From Candidatus Latescibacterota bacterium (GTDB taxonomy: Bacteria; Latescibacterota; UBA2968; UBA8231): 64,000 nucleotides of DNA. Under the pieces are notes generated by a model. It saw nothing but the letters and a program-made list of their open reading frames with translations. It was not told the origin of the DNA and ran no database searches. This document shows positions 50,542 to 60,908 of the stretch, one piece after another. Position 1 is the first letter of the stretch. The number at the start of each line of letters is the position of its first letter. The stretch lies in contig CBDCXV010000010.1 of NCBI GenBank assembly GCA_965223905.1, forward strand, positions 1,664,001 through 1,728,000, in the 5' to 3' direction. The position numbers and the translations under genes are program-made.

Positions 50542-51354
50542 ATGTCCGAGGTCACACTCGTCTGCATGGTCGCGGGCCTTTCGCGGCGTTTCGGCGGCCG
50601 CATCAAGGGGTTCGCAAAGGTCGGCCCCCAAAACGAAAGGCTCGTCGAGCTGATCCTCGACCAGGCGCTGAGCGCCGGAATCTCGAGGATCGTCTTCGTC
50701 GTCGGCGAGGCGACGCACACCCCTTTCGAGCAGCTGTTCGGTTCACGGCACAGGGGGGTTCCGGTCGACTACGCCATGCAGGAGTTCGACGGCGCGGCCC
50801 GGAAGAAGCCGTGGGGCACCGTCGATGCGGTCTGCGCCGCCCGGGACTTCATCGGCGGTCCGTTCGTGGTCTCCAACGGCGACGACATATGCGGCGGGCA
50901 GGCGTTCAGGCTCCTCGCCGATCACCTGGCGAGGTCGGGGAACGCCGTCACCGTGGGGTTCCCGCTGGCGAAGATGCTGCCTGAGGAAGGGACGGTGAAC
51001 CGGGGGGTCTTCGAGCTCAACGACGACGGGACCCTGAAGGCGGCCACCGAGCTGTTCGATCTCGACCGCGACAACATCGAGGCCCGGGGCCTGGGGGCGG
51101 ACACCCTCTGCAACGTCAACCTGTTCGGGTTCCACCCTCCGGCGCTCGCGCTGTTGGAGGAGGCGCTCGCCTCCTTCAAGGCGGAGCATGCCGGCGATCC
51201 CGCGGCGGAGTGCCTGCTGCCGACCGAGATCGACGGTCTCGTCGGTTCGGGAAAGCTGGTGATGGACGTGTACGTCTCCGAGGAAGACTGGATCGGCGTC
51301 ACCAATCCCGGCGACGAGGAGAAGGTGCGGGAGCTGCTCGCACGACGACCCTGA
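50542..51354 (+). CDS. Nucleotidyltransferase (NTP_transferase) family protein
   Basis: MVAGLSRRFGG..K, KPWGT, SNGDD, GTVNRG, WIGVT. Confidence 0.82.
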   Translation: MSEVTLVCMVAGLSRRFGGRIKGFAKVGPQNERLVELILDQALSAGISRIVFVVGEATHTPFEQLFGSRHRGVPVDYAMQEFDGAARKKPWGTVDAVCAARDFIGGPFVVSNGDDICGGQAFRLLADHLARSGNAVTVGFPLAKMLPEEGTVNRGVFELNDDGTLKAATELFDLDRDNIEARGLGADTLCNVNLFGFHPPALALLEEALASFKAEHAGDPAAECLLPTEIDGLVGSGKLVMDVYVSEEDWIGVTNPGDEEKVRELLARRP

Positions 51355-51479
51355 GGCGATAACGGCCAGAATTTCCTGCCGCCGGACAGATCGTCATCCC
51401 TATGGGCTGTTTCTACAGATACAGAAAGATCTGGATGTGCGGCCTGAACAACTCTACCCCAGTGGGGGCGAGTGTCAGG

Positions 51480-51660
51480 TAATTACATCTGTCTATCTCC
51501 CTATAGTTATTGTGGTAGTAATTCCATGCATTTTCTAAATCTTGAATAGTCAGATTAGGATATGCCTCCAGTAGCTTCTTATCATCCACTACCAACTCTT
51601 TTGAACGTACTAATCCCCAAACTGGAATTCTTGTGTTCTTTTATACGATAATTGGGTGAA
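51480..51660 (-). pseudogene. DUF433 fragment
   Basis: RTRIPVWGLV...LLEAYPNLTIQDLENAWNYY. Confidence 0.6.
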
Positions 51661-51665
51661 TTCAT

Positions 51666-51980
51666 TCATTTCTGTCTCCTTCGAAGATCTGAGGGGGCTT
51701 CGTGAATCGAAATTATCGCATTATGAGAAACCCAATATACCGGATTGCCTTCTTCATCCCACATATCAGTCAGCCGAACAACCCTTTGTATGTTTGGCTT
51801 CATTCTCAAAGTTGTTCCATCCTCAAGGCGTATTTCGCTGAATCTCTCTCTGGATTCTATGATACCAACAACAACTCCCTCCACACTGTTGCCATCAGGT
51901 CCTGGAACATTAACGCGACGTTCTGTCACTTTTCTTATCCTCCTTCTTGCCCTGCTTTTTGCCGTTGTTAGTTCATGAAC
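51666..51980 (-). CDS. Hypothetical protein (start uncertain)
   Basis: ESRERFSEIRLEDGTTLRMKP...DEEGNPVY; AT-rich islet. Confidence 0.5.
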   Translation of the reverse strand, partial: VHELTTAKSRARRRIRKVTERRVNVPGPDGNSVEGVVVGIIESRERFSEIRLEDGTTLRMKPNIQRVVRLTDMWDEEGNPVYWVSHNAIISIHEAPSDLRRRQK

Positions 51981-52330
51981 TGCATCTGTGTGACATCGGT
52001 TGCTCCAAAAAGCCCAGGGTCCATACATAACCGGGGGTGCGACATCCCCCACTAGCAGATTTGGGTAAGTAAGGTGGGGAATGGCAACAGCCGAAAACCG
52101 CATTGCTGCCTGAATCAGCACTGTCCCATGCAGCGATCTATTTGATTCCAACTGACGAGAAGTCAGTCTGCCAATCATTTAGTGTTTCTGGCTTCCGTTG
52201 CGAACACCAACCAATCTGACAGAAAAATACGCATTATTTCGCGGAAACCTACCTGCCTGCTTGTTCTTTCCCGGTTGCCCGCAATTCGAGAAGGCCCCTT
52301 GGTTTCCATACCTTGGCGGGCAACTCCAGC

Positions 52331-54661
52331 TCAGCGCAGCAGCATCACCTTGCGCGACTGCATCAGCCCGCCTGCCATCAGGCGGACCAGGTAGACACCG
52401 CTCGCCCGGACCCCACTGTCCCAGCGCAGCAGATGGCGGCCGGCCGGGGTCGTTCCCTCCAGCAGCGTCTCGACCCGTTGGCCCGCGAGGTTGAACAGCT
52501 CCATACGGACCTCCCCGGCAGCGCCGATAGCGAACGGTATCGACAGGGTCGCGTTGGCCGGGTTGGGGTACGGCGGCAGCAGGGCGAACTCCTGCGGAAG
52601 CAGCTCCCCGCCCAGCGCCACTTCGACTGCGGTCGGATCCCCGAGGCGCTCGATCCAACTGCTCACCAGCCGCGCCCCCTGCGTGTCGACCAGGGCGGTC
52701 GCCAGCGGCGGCATCCGCCACCTGCCGGTTTCGAGCATGCGCAGGTAGAGCAGGGAACGCCCCGGCTCCCCCGGCTCCACGATCTTTGCCTCGTGCAATC
52801 CCAGGTTCCCGAGCCGCGCGCTCTCGAGTATCCCCGTCTCTGCCAGCGGCGTGTCGAAGCGCAGGTCGAACTCCGCCCGGATGCCGTGGCCGGGGCGATG
52901 GCAGTTGGCGCAGTTGGCCGCGAGGTAGGCGCGGGCCCGCGGCTCCAGGGGGACGCTCTCGTCCGCCGGCTCCGGCCACTTCGCCCAGGTACCGGCCGGC
53001 GGCAGCTCGCCGGCAAACAGCCCGTCCCCTTCCCAGCTCTCGATCCGGCCGCCGCGGTTCATCTGCCCGGTGCGCAGGCCGAGCACGTACCCTGACGCCG
53101 GGGTGTGGCAGTCGCCGCACTGACCGCGCGACGGGAAGTAGTGCTGGTGGGTGCGGGCCCCGTCCGGCGAGGTGACCGCGTACTCCGCGGTCTCGGCCAC
53201 CTCGAGCAGGAAGGCCCCGGTCTCCTCGTCGTTCCATTTGTAGGAGTAGCCGTCCCATCCCGGGTTGCCGGTGCGCTTGATCAGCAGCCGCGTCTCGGCG
53301 ATCCGCTCTCCTACGTAGAAGCTCTTGATCAGCACGGTCCCGTCCGGAAGCTCCCAGGCGCCGTCGGACCGGTAGCGGATGCGGCCGTTCTCCGGCAGCC
53401 ACAGGTAGCGCCGCTTGCCGGCCCCGTCCGACCAGAGCGGGGCGTTGACCTCGTACGGCCTCACCCGGGCGGCCGGCTCCTGCGCGGCAATGCGTGAGAA
53501 GACCCCGGTCTGCGACAGCCGCGGCGGCGGCAGTTCCCGCCCGGCCGCGGACTCGAGCCGGTACACGGCGTTGCGCGCCAGCACGTACAGCTCGTCCTCG
53601 GCGTCCCGCCCGAAGGCGAGGACGTGGCCGTCGGCCACCGCCAGCAGCTCGCTGCTCCAGACCTCCCCGTCCCGGCGCAGGGCCCAGACCTTGCGGGTGC
53701 CGAAGTCGCCGAACAGGTAGAGGCCGGCCAGCCGCGGCCAGCGGCTCCCCTGGTACACGAACCCCCCGATCACGGCGACTCCTTCCTCGCGCCCGTACTC
53801 GAAAACCGGCGGGATGAAAGCGGGGTCGTCACACCCATCGGCGTCCCGGCACAGGGTCCCCTCCACGCGCGCCCAGCCGTAGTTGCCGCCTCGCTCGACC
53901 AGGTCGATCTCCTCGCGGTGCTTCTCGCCGACGTCCCCCACCCAGATCAGCCCGGAGAGCGGGTCGAAGCTGAAGCGCCAGGGATTGCGCAGGCCGTAGG
54001 CCCAGATCTCCTCGCGCCAGCCGCGCTCGTTGCCGGCGAACGGGTTGTCCGCGGGAATGCCGTACCCCTCGCCGCCGGCATCGACGTCGAGCCGCAGGAT
54101 CGCCCCCAGCAAGGTGGTGAGGTCCTGGCCGTGGTCGTAGCGTTCCTCCCCCTCCACGCCGCCGCCGTCTCCGAGTCCCATGTAGAGGTAGCCGTCGGGA
54201 CCGAACTCGATGTGGCCGCCGTTGTGGCTGTCGGTCGGCTGCGAAACCACGAGGCGGATCCGCTCCTCCGGGTCGGCGCGGTCCGGGTCCTCTTCGGAAA
54301 CGCCGAACTCCGACAGCACGGTGCGGAAGCTCTCGCCGGAGTAGTGCACGAAGAAGCGCCCGTTGGCGGCGAACCCGGGATGGAAGGCCAACCCGAGAAG
54401 GCCGGTCTCCGGCCTGAAGTCGCGCGTCTGGGGCCGCAGGTCGATGAAGATGGCGCCGGTGTCCTGCCGCGCCGGGTCGAACACCCGGATCAGGCCCGAC
54501 TTGTCGGCGACGAAAAGGCGGCCGCTGCCGTCCCCGGACGGTCCCATGAAGACCGGGGACTCCACCGGCAGGGTGGGGAACGCCCGCACCAGGGTGAAGG
54601 GAGGGGATTCGGCGGCGTGGGCAACGGCCGCCGCGGCCGCGAAAATCAGCAGGAACAGCAT
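52331..54661 (-). CDS. PQQ-dependent sugar (glucose/sorbosone) dehydrogenase with two CxxCH motifs and FlgD-Ig/T9SS-like tail
   Basis: GLLGLAFHP, HNGG, FGPDGYLY, AYGLRNPWRFSFD; CGDCH, CANCH; YPNPAN...KVMLLR. Confidence 0.85.
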   Translation of the reverse strand: MLFLLIFAAAAAVAHAAESPPFTLVRAFPTLPVESPVFMGPSGDGSGRLFVADKSGLIRVFDPARQDTGAIFIDLRPQTRDFRPETGLLGLAFHPGFAANGRFFVHYSGESFRTVLSEFGVSEEDPDRADPEERIRLVVSQPTDSHNGGHIEFGPDGYLYMGLGDGGGVEGEERYDHGQDLTTLLGAILRLDVDAGGEGYGIPADNPFAGNERGWREEIWAYGLRNPWRFSFDPLSGLIWVGDVGEKHREEIDLVERGGNYGWARVEGTLCRDADGCDDPAFIPPVFEYGREEGVAVIGGFVYQGSRWPRLAGLYLFGDFGTRKVWALRRDGEVWSSELLAVADGHVLAFGRDAEDELYVLARNAVYRLESAAGRELPPPRLSQTGVFSRIAAQEPAARVRPYEVNAPLWSDGAGKRRYLWLPENGRIRYRSDGAWELPDGTVLIKSFYVGERIAETRLLIKRTGNPGWDGYSYKWNDEETGAFLLEVAETAEYAVTSPDGARTHQHYFPSRGQCGDCHTPASGYVLGLRTGQMNRGGRIESWEGDGLFAGELPPAGTWAKWPEPADESVPLEPRARAYLAANCANCHRPGHGIRAEFDLRFDTPLAETGILESARLGNLGLHEAKIVEPGEPGRSLLYLRMLETGRWRMPPLATALVDTQGARLVSSWIERLGDPTAVEVALGGELLPQEFALLPPYPNPANATLSIPFAIGAAGEVRMELFNLAGQRVETLLEGTTPAGRHLLRWDSGVRASGVYLVRLMAGGLMQSRKVMLLR

Positions 54662-54750
54662 GACGCGAAGAAGGGATTGCCCGCGGGGCGGGGCAAGTGA
54701 AGGAGGCTGGCGCGTGCCCGGGTCCTCCCCGTGATTTTCGCGACGCCACC

Positions 54751-57186
54751 ATGACCGACGCAACGCAAACCCCCGAGCAGGCCCGGCTCGTGGTCATCGG
54801 CGCCGGCATCGCCGGCTGCAGCGCCGTCTACCACCTGGCCCAGCTCGGCTGGCGCGACATCGTCGTCCTCGACCAGGGCCCCCTCTTCGAGACCGGCGGC
54901 TCCACCTCGCACGCGCCGGGAGGGGTCTTCCAGACCAACTACTCCCGCATGATGACCGGGTTCGCGCGCTACACGGTGGAGCTCTACCGCGCCCTCGACC
55001 TCGACGGCGAGCCCTGCTTCCACTCCGTCGGAGGCCTCGAGGTCGCCGCCACCCCGGAGCGCTGGCACGACCTGAAGCGCAAGGCGGGAGCGGCGAAATC
55101 CTGGGGGGTCGAGGCGGAGCTGATCACCCCTGCCGAGGCCGGCAGGCTCGTCCCCATCCTCGACGAAACCAGGATCCACGGCGCCTACCACGTCCCCGGG
55201 GACGGCATCGCCAGGGCGGTGCGGGCGGCCGAGGCCATGGCCCGTGAATCCGCGGAGGCCGCGACCTTCGTCGGGCGCACCGAGGTCGCCGGCATCGAGG
55301 TAGAGGACGGCCGCGTGCGCGCCGTGCTGACCTCGCGGGGCCGCATCGCCGCCGGGACGGTTCTGGTCTGCGCCGGCATCTGGGGGCCGCGCATCGGCCG
55401 CATGGCGGGCGTGGAGATCCCGCTGGCCCCGGTCCAGCATCAGTACGCCGTGACCGCGCCGCTTCCCGAGCTGGCCGGGGAGACCCGGGAGGTCGTGCAC
55501 CCGGTCCTGCGCCACCAGGACCGCGCCATGTATTTCCGCCAGCACGCCGACTGCTACGGGATCGGCTCGTACCAACACGAGCCCCTGCTGGTCGCCCCCC
55601 GGTCCCTCTCCGGTTTCGAGGGGAAGGCCCCGCCTCCGGCGCTCAGGGAGTTCACCCCGGAGCATTTCGAGGCCGCCCATGCCGACGCCGTCGAGCTGCT
55701 GCCGGCCCTGCGCGGCGCCGGGCTGGCCCACCGCATCAACGGCATCTTCTCGTTCACGCCGGACGGCATGCCGCTGATCGGCCCCTCCCCTGACGTACGC
55801 GGCTTCTGGGTCGCCGAGGCGATCTGGATCACCCACGCCGGCGGGGCCGGCAAGGCAGCGGCGGAGTGGATGACCTCCGGCGCCCCGGAAGTCGACCTGC
55901 ACGAGGCCGACCTCAACCGCTTCCCCGCCCATGCCCTGTCTTCCGCGTACGTCGAGGCGCGCGGGGCGCAGCAGTACCGCGAGGTGTACGACATCATCCA
56001 TCCCCTGCAGCAGATGGAAAACCCCCGCGACCTGCGCCTCAGCCCGTTCCATGCCCGGCAGCGGGAGCTGGGAGCGGTCTTCTTCGAAAGCGCCGGCTGG
56101 GAGGTACCGCAGTGGTTCGAGGCGAACGCCCGCCTGCGGCGCGACCCCTCGCCCCTGCGGTCCGGCTGGGAGGCCCGCGGCTGGTCGCCGATCGAGGCAG
56201 GGGAGCACAAGGCCGCCCGCGAGCGCGCCGTGCTCTACGACCTGACGCCGCTGGCGAAGATCGAGATTCGGGGCTCCAGGGCGGCCTCCTTTCTGCAGTT
56301 CATCGCCGCCAACCAGTTGGACCGGCCGCCCGGAACGGTCGTGTACACCCCGATGCTGGACGCCGGCGGCGGCATCCGCGGCGACGTGGTCGTCGCCCGC
56401 CTCGAGAAGGAGCGCTTCCTCGTCTTCACCGGGGCGGCCTCCGGTCCGTCGGACCTCGCCTGGCTCCGCCTCCACGCCCCCGGCGACGGTTCCGTGCAGA
56501 TCGCCGAGGTGACCTCCCGGTACTGCGGCGTCGGACTCTGGGGGCCCAAGGCGCAAGCGGTCCTGCAGCCGCTTTGCCGCGACCGGCTCGACGAAGGGGC
56601 GTTTCCCCGTTTCACCGCCCGGCGCATCGACGCCGGCGCCGTTCCGGCGCTGGCGATGCGCCTCTCCTACGCCGGCGAGCCGGGTTGGGAGATCTACACG
56701 AGAGCCGAGTACGGATTGAAGCTCTGGGACTATCTGTGGGAGGCGGGACAAGACGCCGGGATCGCCGCCCTGGGCTCGGGGGCCTTCGACTCGCTGCGCC
56801 TGGAGAAGGGGTACCGCCTGCGAGGCAGCGACATCGACACCGAGCACGATCCCTTCGAGGCCGGCCTCGGCTGGACGGTGAAGCTCGACAAGGGGAACTT
56901 CCTCGGCCGGGACGCCCTGCTGGCGCTGCGCGAGCGGGGCGTCGAACGCAGGCTGAGCTGCATGACCCTCGACGACCCGGAGGCGGTGGTCCTCGGGAAG
57001 GAGCCGATCCTCGACGGGGACCGGGTGCTGGGCTCGGTCACCAGCAGCAACCGCGGCTACAGCGTCGGCAGGCATATCGCCTGCGGCTACCTGCCGGTGC
57101 GGAACGCCGCGCCGGGAACCCGCGTCGAAATCGAGTACTTCGGAGAGCGGCTCGGCGCCACCGTGGCCGCGGAACCGCTTTTATAA
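54751..57186 (+). CDS. GcvT-family FAD-dependent oxidoreductase (dimethylglycine/sarcosine dehydrogenase-like)
   Basis: VIGAGIAG, GSTSHAPG, FSFTPDG, LYDLT, SYAGEPGWE, SLRLEKGY. Confidence 0.9.
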   Translation: MTDATQTPEQARLVVIGAGIAGCSAVYHLAQLGWRDIVVLDQGPLFETGGSTSHAPGGVFQTNYSRMMTGFARYTVELYRALDLDGEPCFHSVGGLEVAATPERWHDLKRKAGAAKSWGVEAELITPAEAGRLVPILDETRIHGAYHVPGDGIARAVRAAEAMARESAEAATFVGRTEVAGIEVEDGRVRAVLTSRGRIAAGTVLVCAGIWGPRIGRMAGVEIPLAPVQHQYAVTAPLPELAGETREVVHPVLRHQDRAMYFRQHADCYGIGSYQHEPLLVAPRSLSGFEGKAPPPALREFTPEHFEAAHADAVELLPALRGAGLAHRINGIFSFTPDGMPLIGPSPDVRGFWVAEAIWITHAGGAGKAAAEWMTSGAPEVDLHEADLNRFPAHALSSAYVEARGAQQYREVYDIIHPLQQMENPRDLRLSPFHARQRELGAVFFESAGWEVPQWFEANARLRRDPSPLRSGWEARGWSPIEAGEHKAARERAVLYDLTPLAKIEIRGSRAASFLQFIAANQLDRPPGTVVYTPMLDAGGGIRGDVVVARLEKERFLVFTGAASGPSDLAWLRLHAPGDGSVQIAEVTSRYCGVGLWGPKAQAVLQPLCRDRLDEGAFPRFTARRIDAGAVPALAMRLSYAGEPGWEIYTRAEYGLKLWDYLWEAGQDAGIAALGSGAFDSLRLEKGYRLRGSDIDTEHDPFEAGLGWTVKLDKGNFLGRDALLALRERGVERRLSCMTLDDPEAVVLGKEPILDGDRVLGSVTSSNRGYSVGRHIACGYLPVRNAAPGTRVEIEYFGERLGATVAAEPLL

Positions 57187-57203
57187 ACCAAAGGCGCAGC
57201 CTC

Positions 57204-57500
57204 GTGACCACATCGATAACGGACAAGCTGAAGGAAGGCATGACGCCTGGGGACGCCGCGAAGGCGCTAGAGCAGGCGGGGGCCGACATCGTCGGCGTCA
57301 ACTGCTGGCAGGACCCGACCTTCATGCTGCCTGTGGTCGAGGAGATGCGGGCCGCGGTCGGCTGCTGCGGCTGCCAGGGCTCGCACATCCTCCAGATGGC
57401 CAGGGCCCTCGGCAAGATGCCGGCCGAGGAGCGGGAGTGGGCAATCGACTACGAGCGCCCGCAGTCCGCCACCGAGGCCTACCACCACATGCGGCAGTGA
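57204..57500 (+). pseudogene. Internally deleted homocysteine S-methyltransferase (BHMT-like)
   Basis: MTTSITDKLKEG|...AGADIVGVNC...|GCCG...QMARALG; 98 aa versus ~300+ for the family. Confidence 0.6.
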
Positions 57501-59453
57501 GCCCGCTTCTTCGCAGCCTGTGGGCGCCGCTGGCTTTCTGCGCCTGCGTCCACCTTCGCTCCCCGGCGCCCGAACCGCCGCCGCTCGAGTGGCGCTACCA
57601 CGGCGGCAATGCCGCCAGCACCCGCTTCGCCCCCATCAGCGGAATCGACAGCACCAACTTTTCGCAACTGCGGGTGATCTGGCGCTGGCCTGCGCCCGAC
57701 CCCCGGATCCGCGAGACCGAGGACGTCAGGATCAACCCGAGCGGCAACGAGTGCACGCCGCTGATGGTCGACGGAACCCTCTACGTCAGCAGCCCGTACA
57801 ACATCGTGGCGGCTCTCGACGCGGCGACCGGCCGCGAGCTCTGGACGTTCGATCCCGAGGCGTGGAAGGTGGACGCGGGCTTCAACGCCAGCCGCGGCGT
57901 GGCCTATTGGAGCGACGGTACCCGGCACCGCATCCTGACCGCTACCTCGTCGGCGTACCTCTATTCCCTCGACGCCGTCACCGGCGAGCCGGACAGGGCA
58001 TTCGGCGACAGCGGGCGCGTCGACCTGACGCGGCATCTCCGCAGGCCGGCGGACCGTTTCGTGTACGGCGTCTCCTCCCCTCCCATGGTCTGTGAGGACG
58101 TCGTCATCGTCGGTTCGAGCCATAGCGGGTGGAACGACAGGGACGTCCCGGAATTTCTGCCCCTCGGCGACGTGCGCGGCTTCGACGTGCACAGCGGAGA
58201 GTTGCTGTGGACTTTCCGCACCGTTCCGCAGGCAGGAGAGCTCGGCAGCGAGACGTGGGAGGAGGGCAGCTGGAAACGCTACGGCGGCGCCAACGTCTGG
58301 GCCCCGATGAGCGCCGACCTCGATCTCGGCTACGCCTACCTGCCGATCAGCGCCCCGAGCCACGACTTCTACGGGGGCGAGCGGCCGGGCGACAATCTGT
58401 TCTCCGAAACCCTGGCCTGCGTCGACTGCGCCAGCGGACGCCGCATCTGGCACTACCAGCTCATCCACCACGGACTCTGGGATTACGACGTCGCCGCGGC
58501 GCCCATCCTCATGGACGTTTCAATAGACGGCAAGCCGGTCAAGGCGGTCGTGCAGCTGACCAAGCAGGCGTTCGCCTATGTCTTCGACCGCGTCACCGGA
58601 GAGCCGCTCTGGCCCGTGGAAGCACGCCCGGTCCCGCAATCGTCGGTCCCGGGCGAACGGCCCTCGCCGACACAGCCCTTTCCGACCCGGCCCCTGCCCT
58701 TCGACCGCCAGGGATTCGGCGAAGAGGACCTGATCGATTTCACCCCGGAGCTGCGGGAACAGGCCCTGGAGATCGCCAGACGGCACGACTTCGGGCCGCT
58801 CTACACGCCTCCGAGCGCACGGGGCACGTGGACCCTGCCGGGTGGCGTGGGCGGCGCCGACTGGGGCGGCGGGGCCGCTCATCCCAACGGCTGGGTGTAC
58901 GTCCCGTCGAGGACGGTGCTTTCCGTTTTCGGCCTCAGGGAGTTCGACAGCGAGACCTCGTTCTCGAGGTACACCCCCCTCTTCTTCTCTTCCGGCGGGC
59001 CGCAGGGGTTGCCGCTCGTCAAACCGCCGTATGGCCGAATCACCTATTATCGACATGAACACCGGAGAGCACCGCTGGATGATTCCCACCGGTCTCGGGC
59101 CGGTCGATCATCCCGCCCTTCGGGAGTTGGACCTGCCGCTTCTCGGATGGGATTCGCGCGTCTTCGTGCTGACGACGCCGGAGATGCTGATCGCCGCCTC
59201 TGAGCCGCCGGGTAAACTGAGAGGATTCCGCGAACAGTACTGCATCGACCCCGAGAAACACCTCTCCGCCTACGACCTGCGGGACGGGCGTCTCATCGCC
59301 CGCGTCGACCTGCCCGGGAACGCCAGCGGCAATCCCATCGCCTACACCGCAGCCGGCCGCGACTACATCGCCGTTTCCATCGGCGGAGGGAGCAGGGGCC
59401 CCGAATGGGTGGGGCTCGCCCTCCCCCGCCCCGGGGAGCAGTTGCCTCCATAG
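57497..59453 (+). CDS. PQQ-dependent quinoprotein glucose dehydrogenase-like protein, frameshift at ~59047
   Basis: ECTPLMVDG, SRGVAYW, GGANVW, YQLIHHGLWDYD, GGADWGG, KPPYGRIT/IDMNTGEH. Confidence 0.82.
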
Positions 59454-59612
59454 GGGTATGACCGCGCCCATCCCGATCGCCCTTCCTTGTTGTCAGAGCC
59501 ATGCCAATAAGGACCGTTGGTCCAGGTAACTTTCGGCAGGCGAGGCTACCGATGACGGGGAGCGACGGACGACGCTGAACAGGGGCTGAAACCGGTCCCG
59601 GACAGGCCCGCT

Positions 59613-60740
59613 TCAGGCCGGCGGTTTCTCGATGTCGGCGCCGGGCGGACGCCAGCGCCGCCCCAGGAACCTGACGGCGCGCCCCTGCCCCGATCCGCCG
59701 GTTTCATCCCCCGGCCAGATAGCTGTCAACCGCCCTGGCCAGGCGCTCCGCTCCGCCAGGGCCGCTGCCGCCCGCTCGATATTCCCCTCCTCACCGGGCC
59801 GGATGGGCAGCTCGACCCCGTAGCTGCCCTCGTGGAACACCCTGCTGTCGGTCTCGAGGTCGATCAACCCCACCTTGGCAACGAAAAACCGTATCATCCA
59901 CTCTTCGATCTCCGTCTGCCCGGGATTCGAGAGGTCGTACCTGTAGCGGACCTCGAGGCGGTAGTCGGGCTGCAGGCGGTTGCCGGCAGCGGCGACCGCC
60001 CACTTCACCTTCCCCGACCTGGGAAGCGCTTCGACCAAGGCGCCCTTCACCGCGGCGAACAGCTCATTCGACTTGTCGAGGACCTCCTGGGGCGTGCCGA
60101 CTCCGAAGAATATGTAGTAGTTGTTGTCCGGTTCCTCCAGAAGGTGCGCCCGCAGGGCCTCCAGCCGGTCCTCGGGGTCCTCGCGGGGGCTGTCCCCGTG
60201 CAGGAGGAACGGCCTGGCGTCGACCAGGATCCCCACCTTCTTGCTGCCTGCGGGCCGAGCCGGGGAGGCACGGCGCGACGGATCGCCGATAAGGCCAAGC
60301 AGCAGCGCCTGTCCGTCGTAAGCGAGCCGCGCCCTGCGGCCCGCCTTGTCGATCGCCGCATCCAGCGACCTGCTCCCCTCCTCCTCGAGCAGCTTGCGCG
60401 ACTCCTTCAGCAGGTGCTTGAGGAAGTCGGCCGCCTCTCTTTCCTCAACCCCTTCCGGCCGCGCCGCCAGCAGCGTTTTCCAGGCCCCGTTCTTCCCCTT
60501 GCGCCGGGCCTCGAGGCTGTCGGTCAGGGCCAGCAGTTTGCTCCGCACCTCCGCCGCCTCCATGCCGGTAAGGGCGCTCAGCTCTTTCAGGAAGTCGGCG
60601 GAGCGGCCCATTTTCGGAGCGTTGAGCCGCGCGTGCCCGACAGTGAGAAGCTGCGTATCGAAGCTCGGCGTATCGGCGGCCGACGCCGGGGCGGTCAGCA
60701 GAAACCCCAGCGCCAGGCAAGCCATCGGTGGCGTCATCAT
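59613..60740 (-). CDS. Hypothetical secreted protein
   Basis: Signal-like MACLALGFLLTAPASA; long ORF, no family recognised. Confidence 0.5.
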   Translation of the reverse strand: MMTPPMACLALGFLLTAPASAADTPSFDTQLLTVGHARLNAPKMGRSADFLKELSALTGMEAAEVRSKLLALTDSLEARRKGKNGAWKTLLAARPEGVEEREAADFLKHLLKESRKLLEEEGSRSLDAAIDKAGRRARLAYDGQALLLGLIGDPSRRASPARPAGSKKVGILVDARPFLLHGDSPREDPEDRLEALRAHLLEEPDNNYYIFFGVGTPQEVLDKSNELFAAVKGALVEALPRSGKVKWAVAAAGNRLQPDYRLEVRYRYDLSNPGQTEIEEWMIRFFVAKVGLIDLETDSRVFHEGSYGVELPIRPGEEGNIERAAAALAERSAWPGRLTAIWPGDETGGSGQGRAVRFLGRRWRPPGADIEKPPA

Positions 60741-60908
60741 CCCGCGTCTTTTGGCGGCGCCGGGCCGGCAACCAGGATCCCGGGATTCCATGCCTGTCGT
60801 CTGCCTTTCTGTGGCTGTGAACGCATTCGCTTCATGTTCATTGGCGACCGGTAACCGGCCTTGCATCCCCCGTCCCTGCAGAACCGCGGGCATTCCCGAC
60901 GCCGATCC

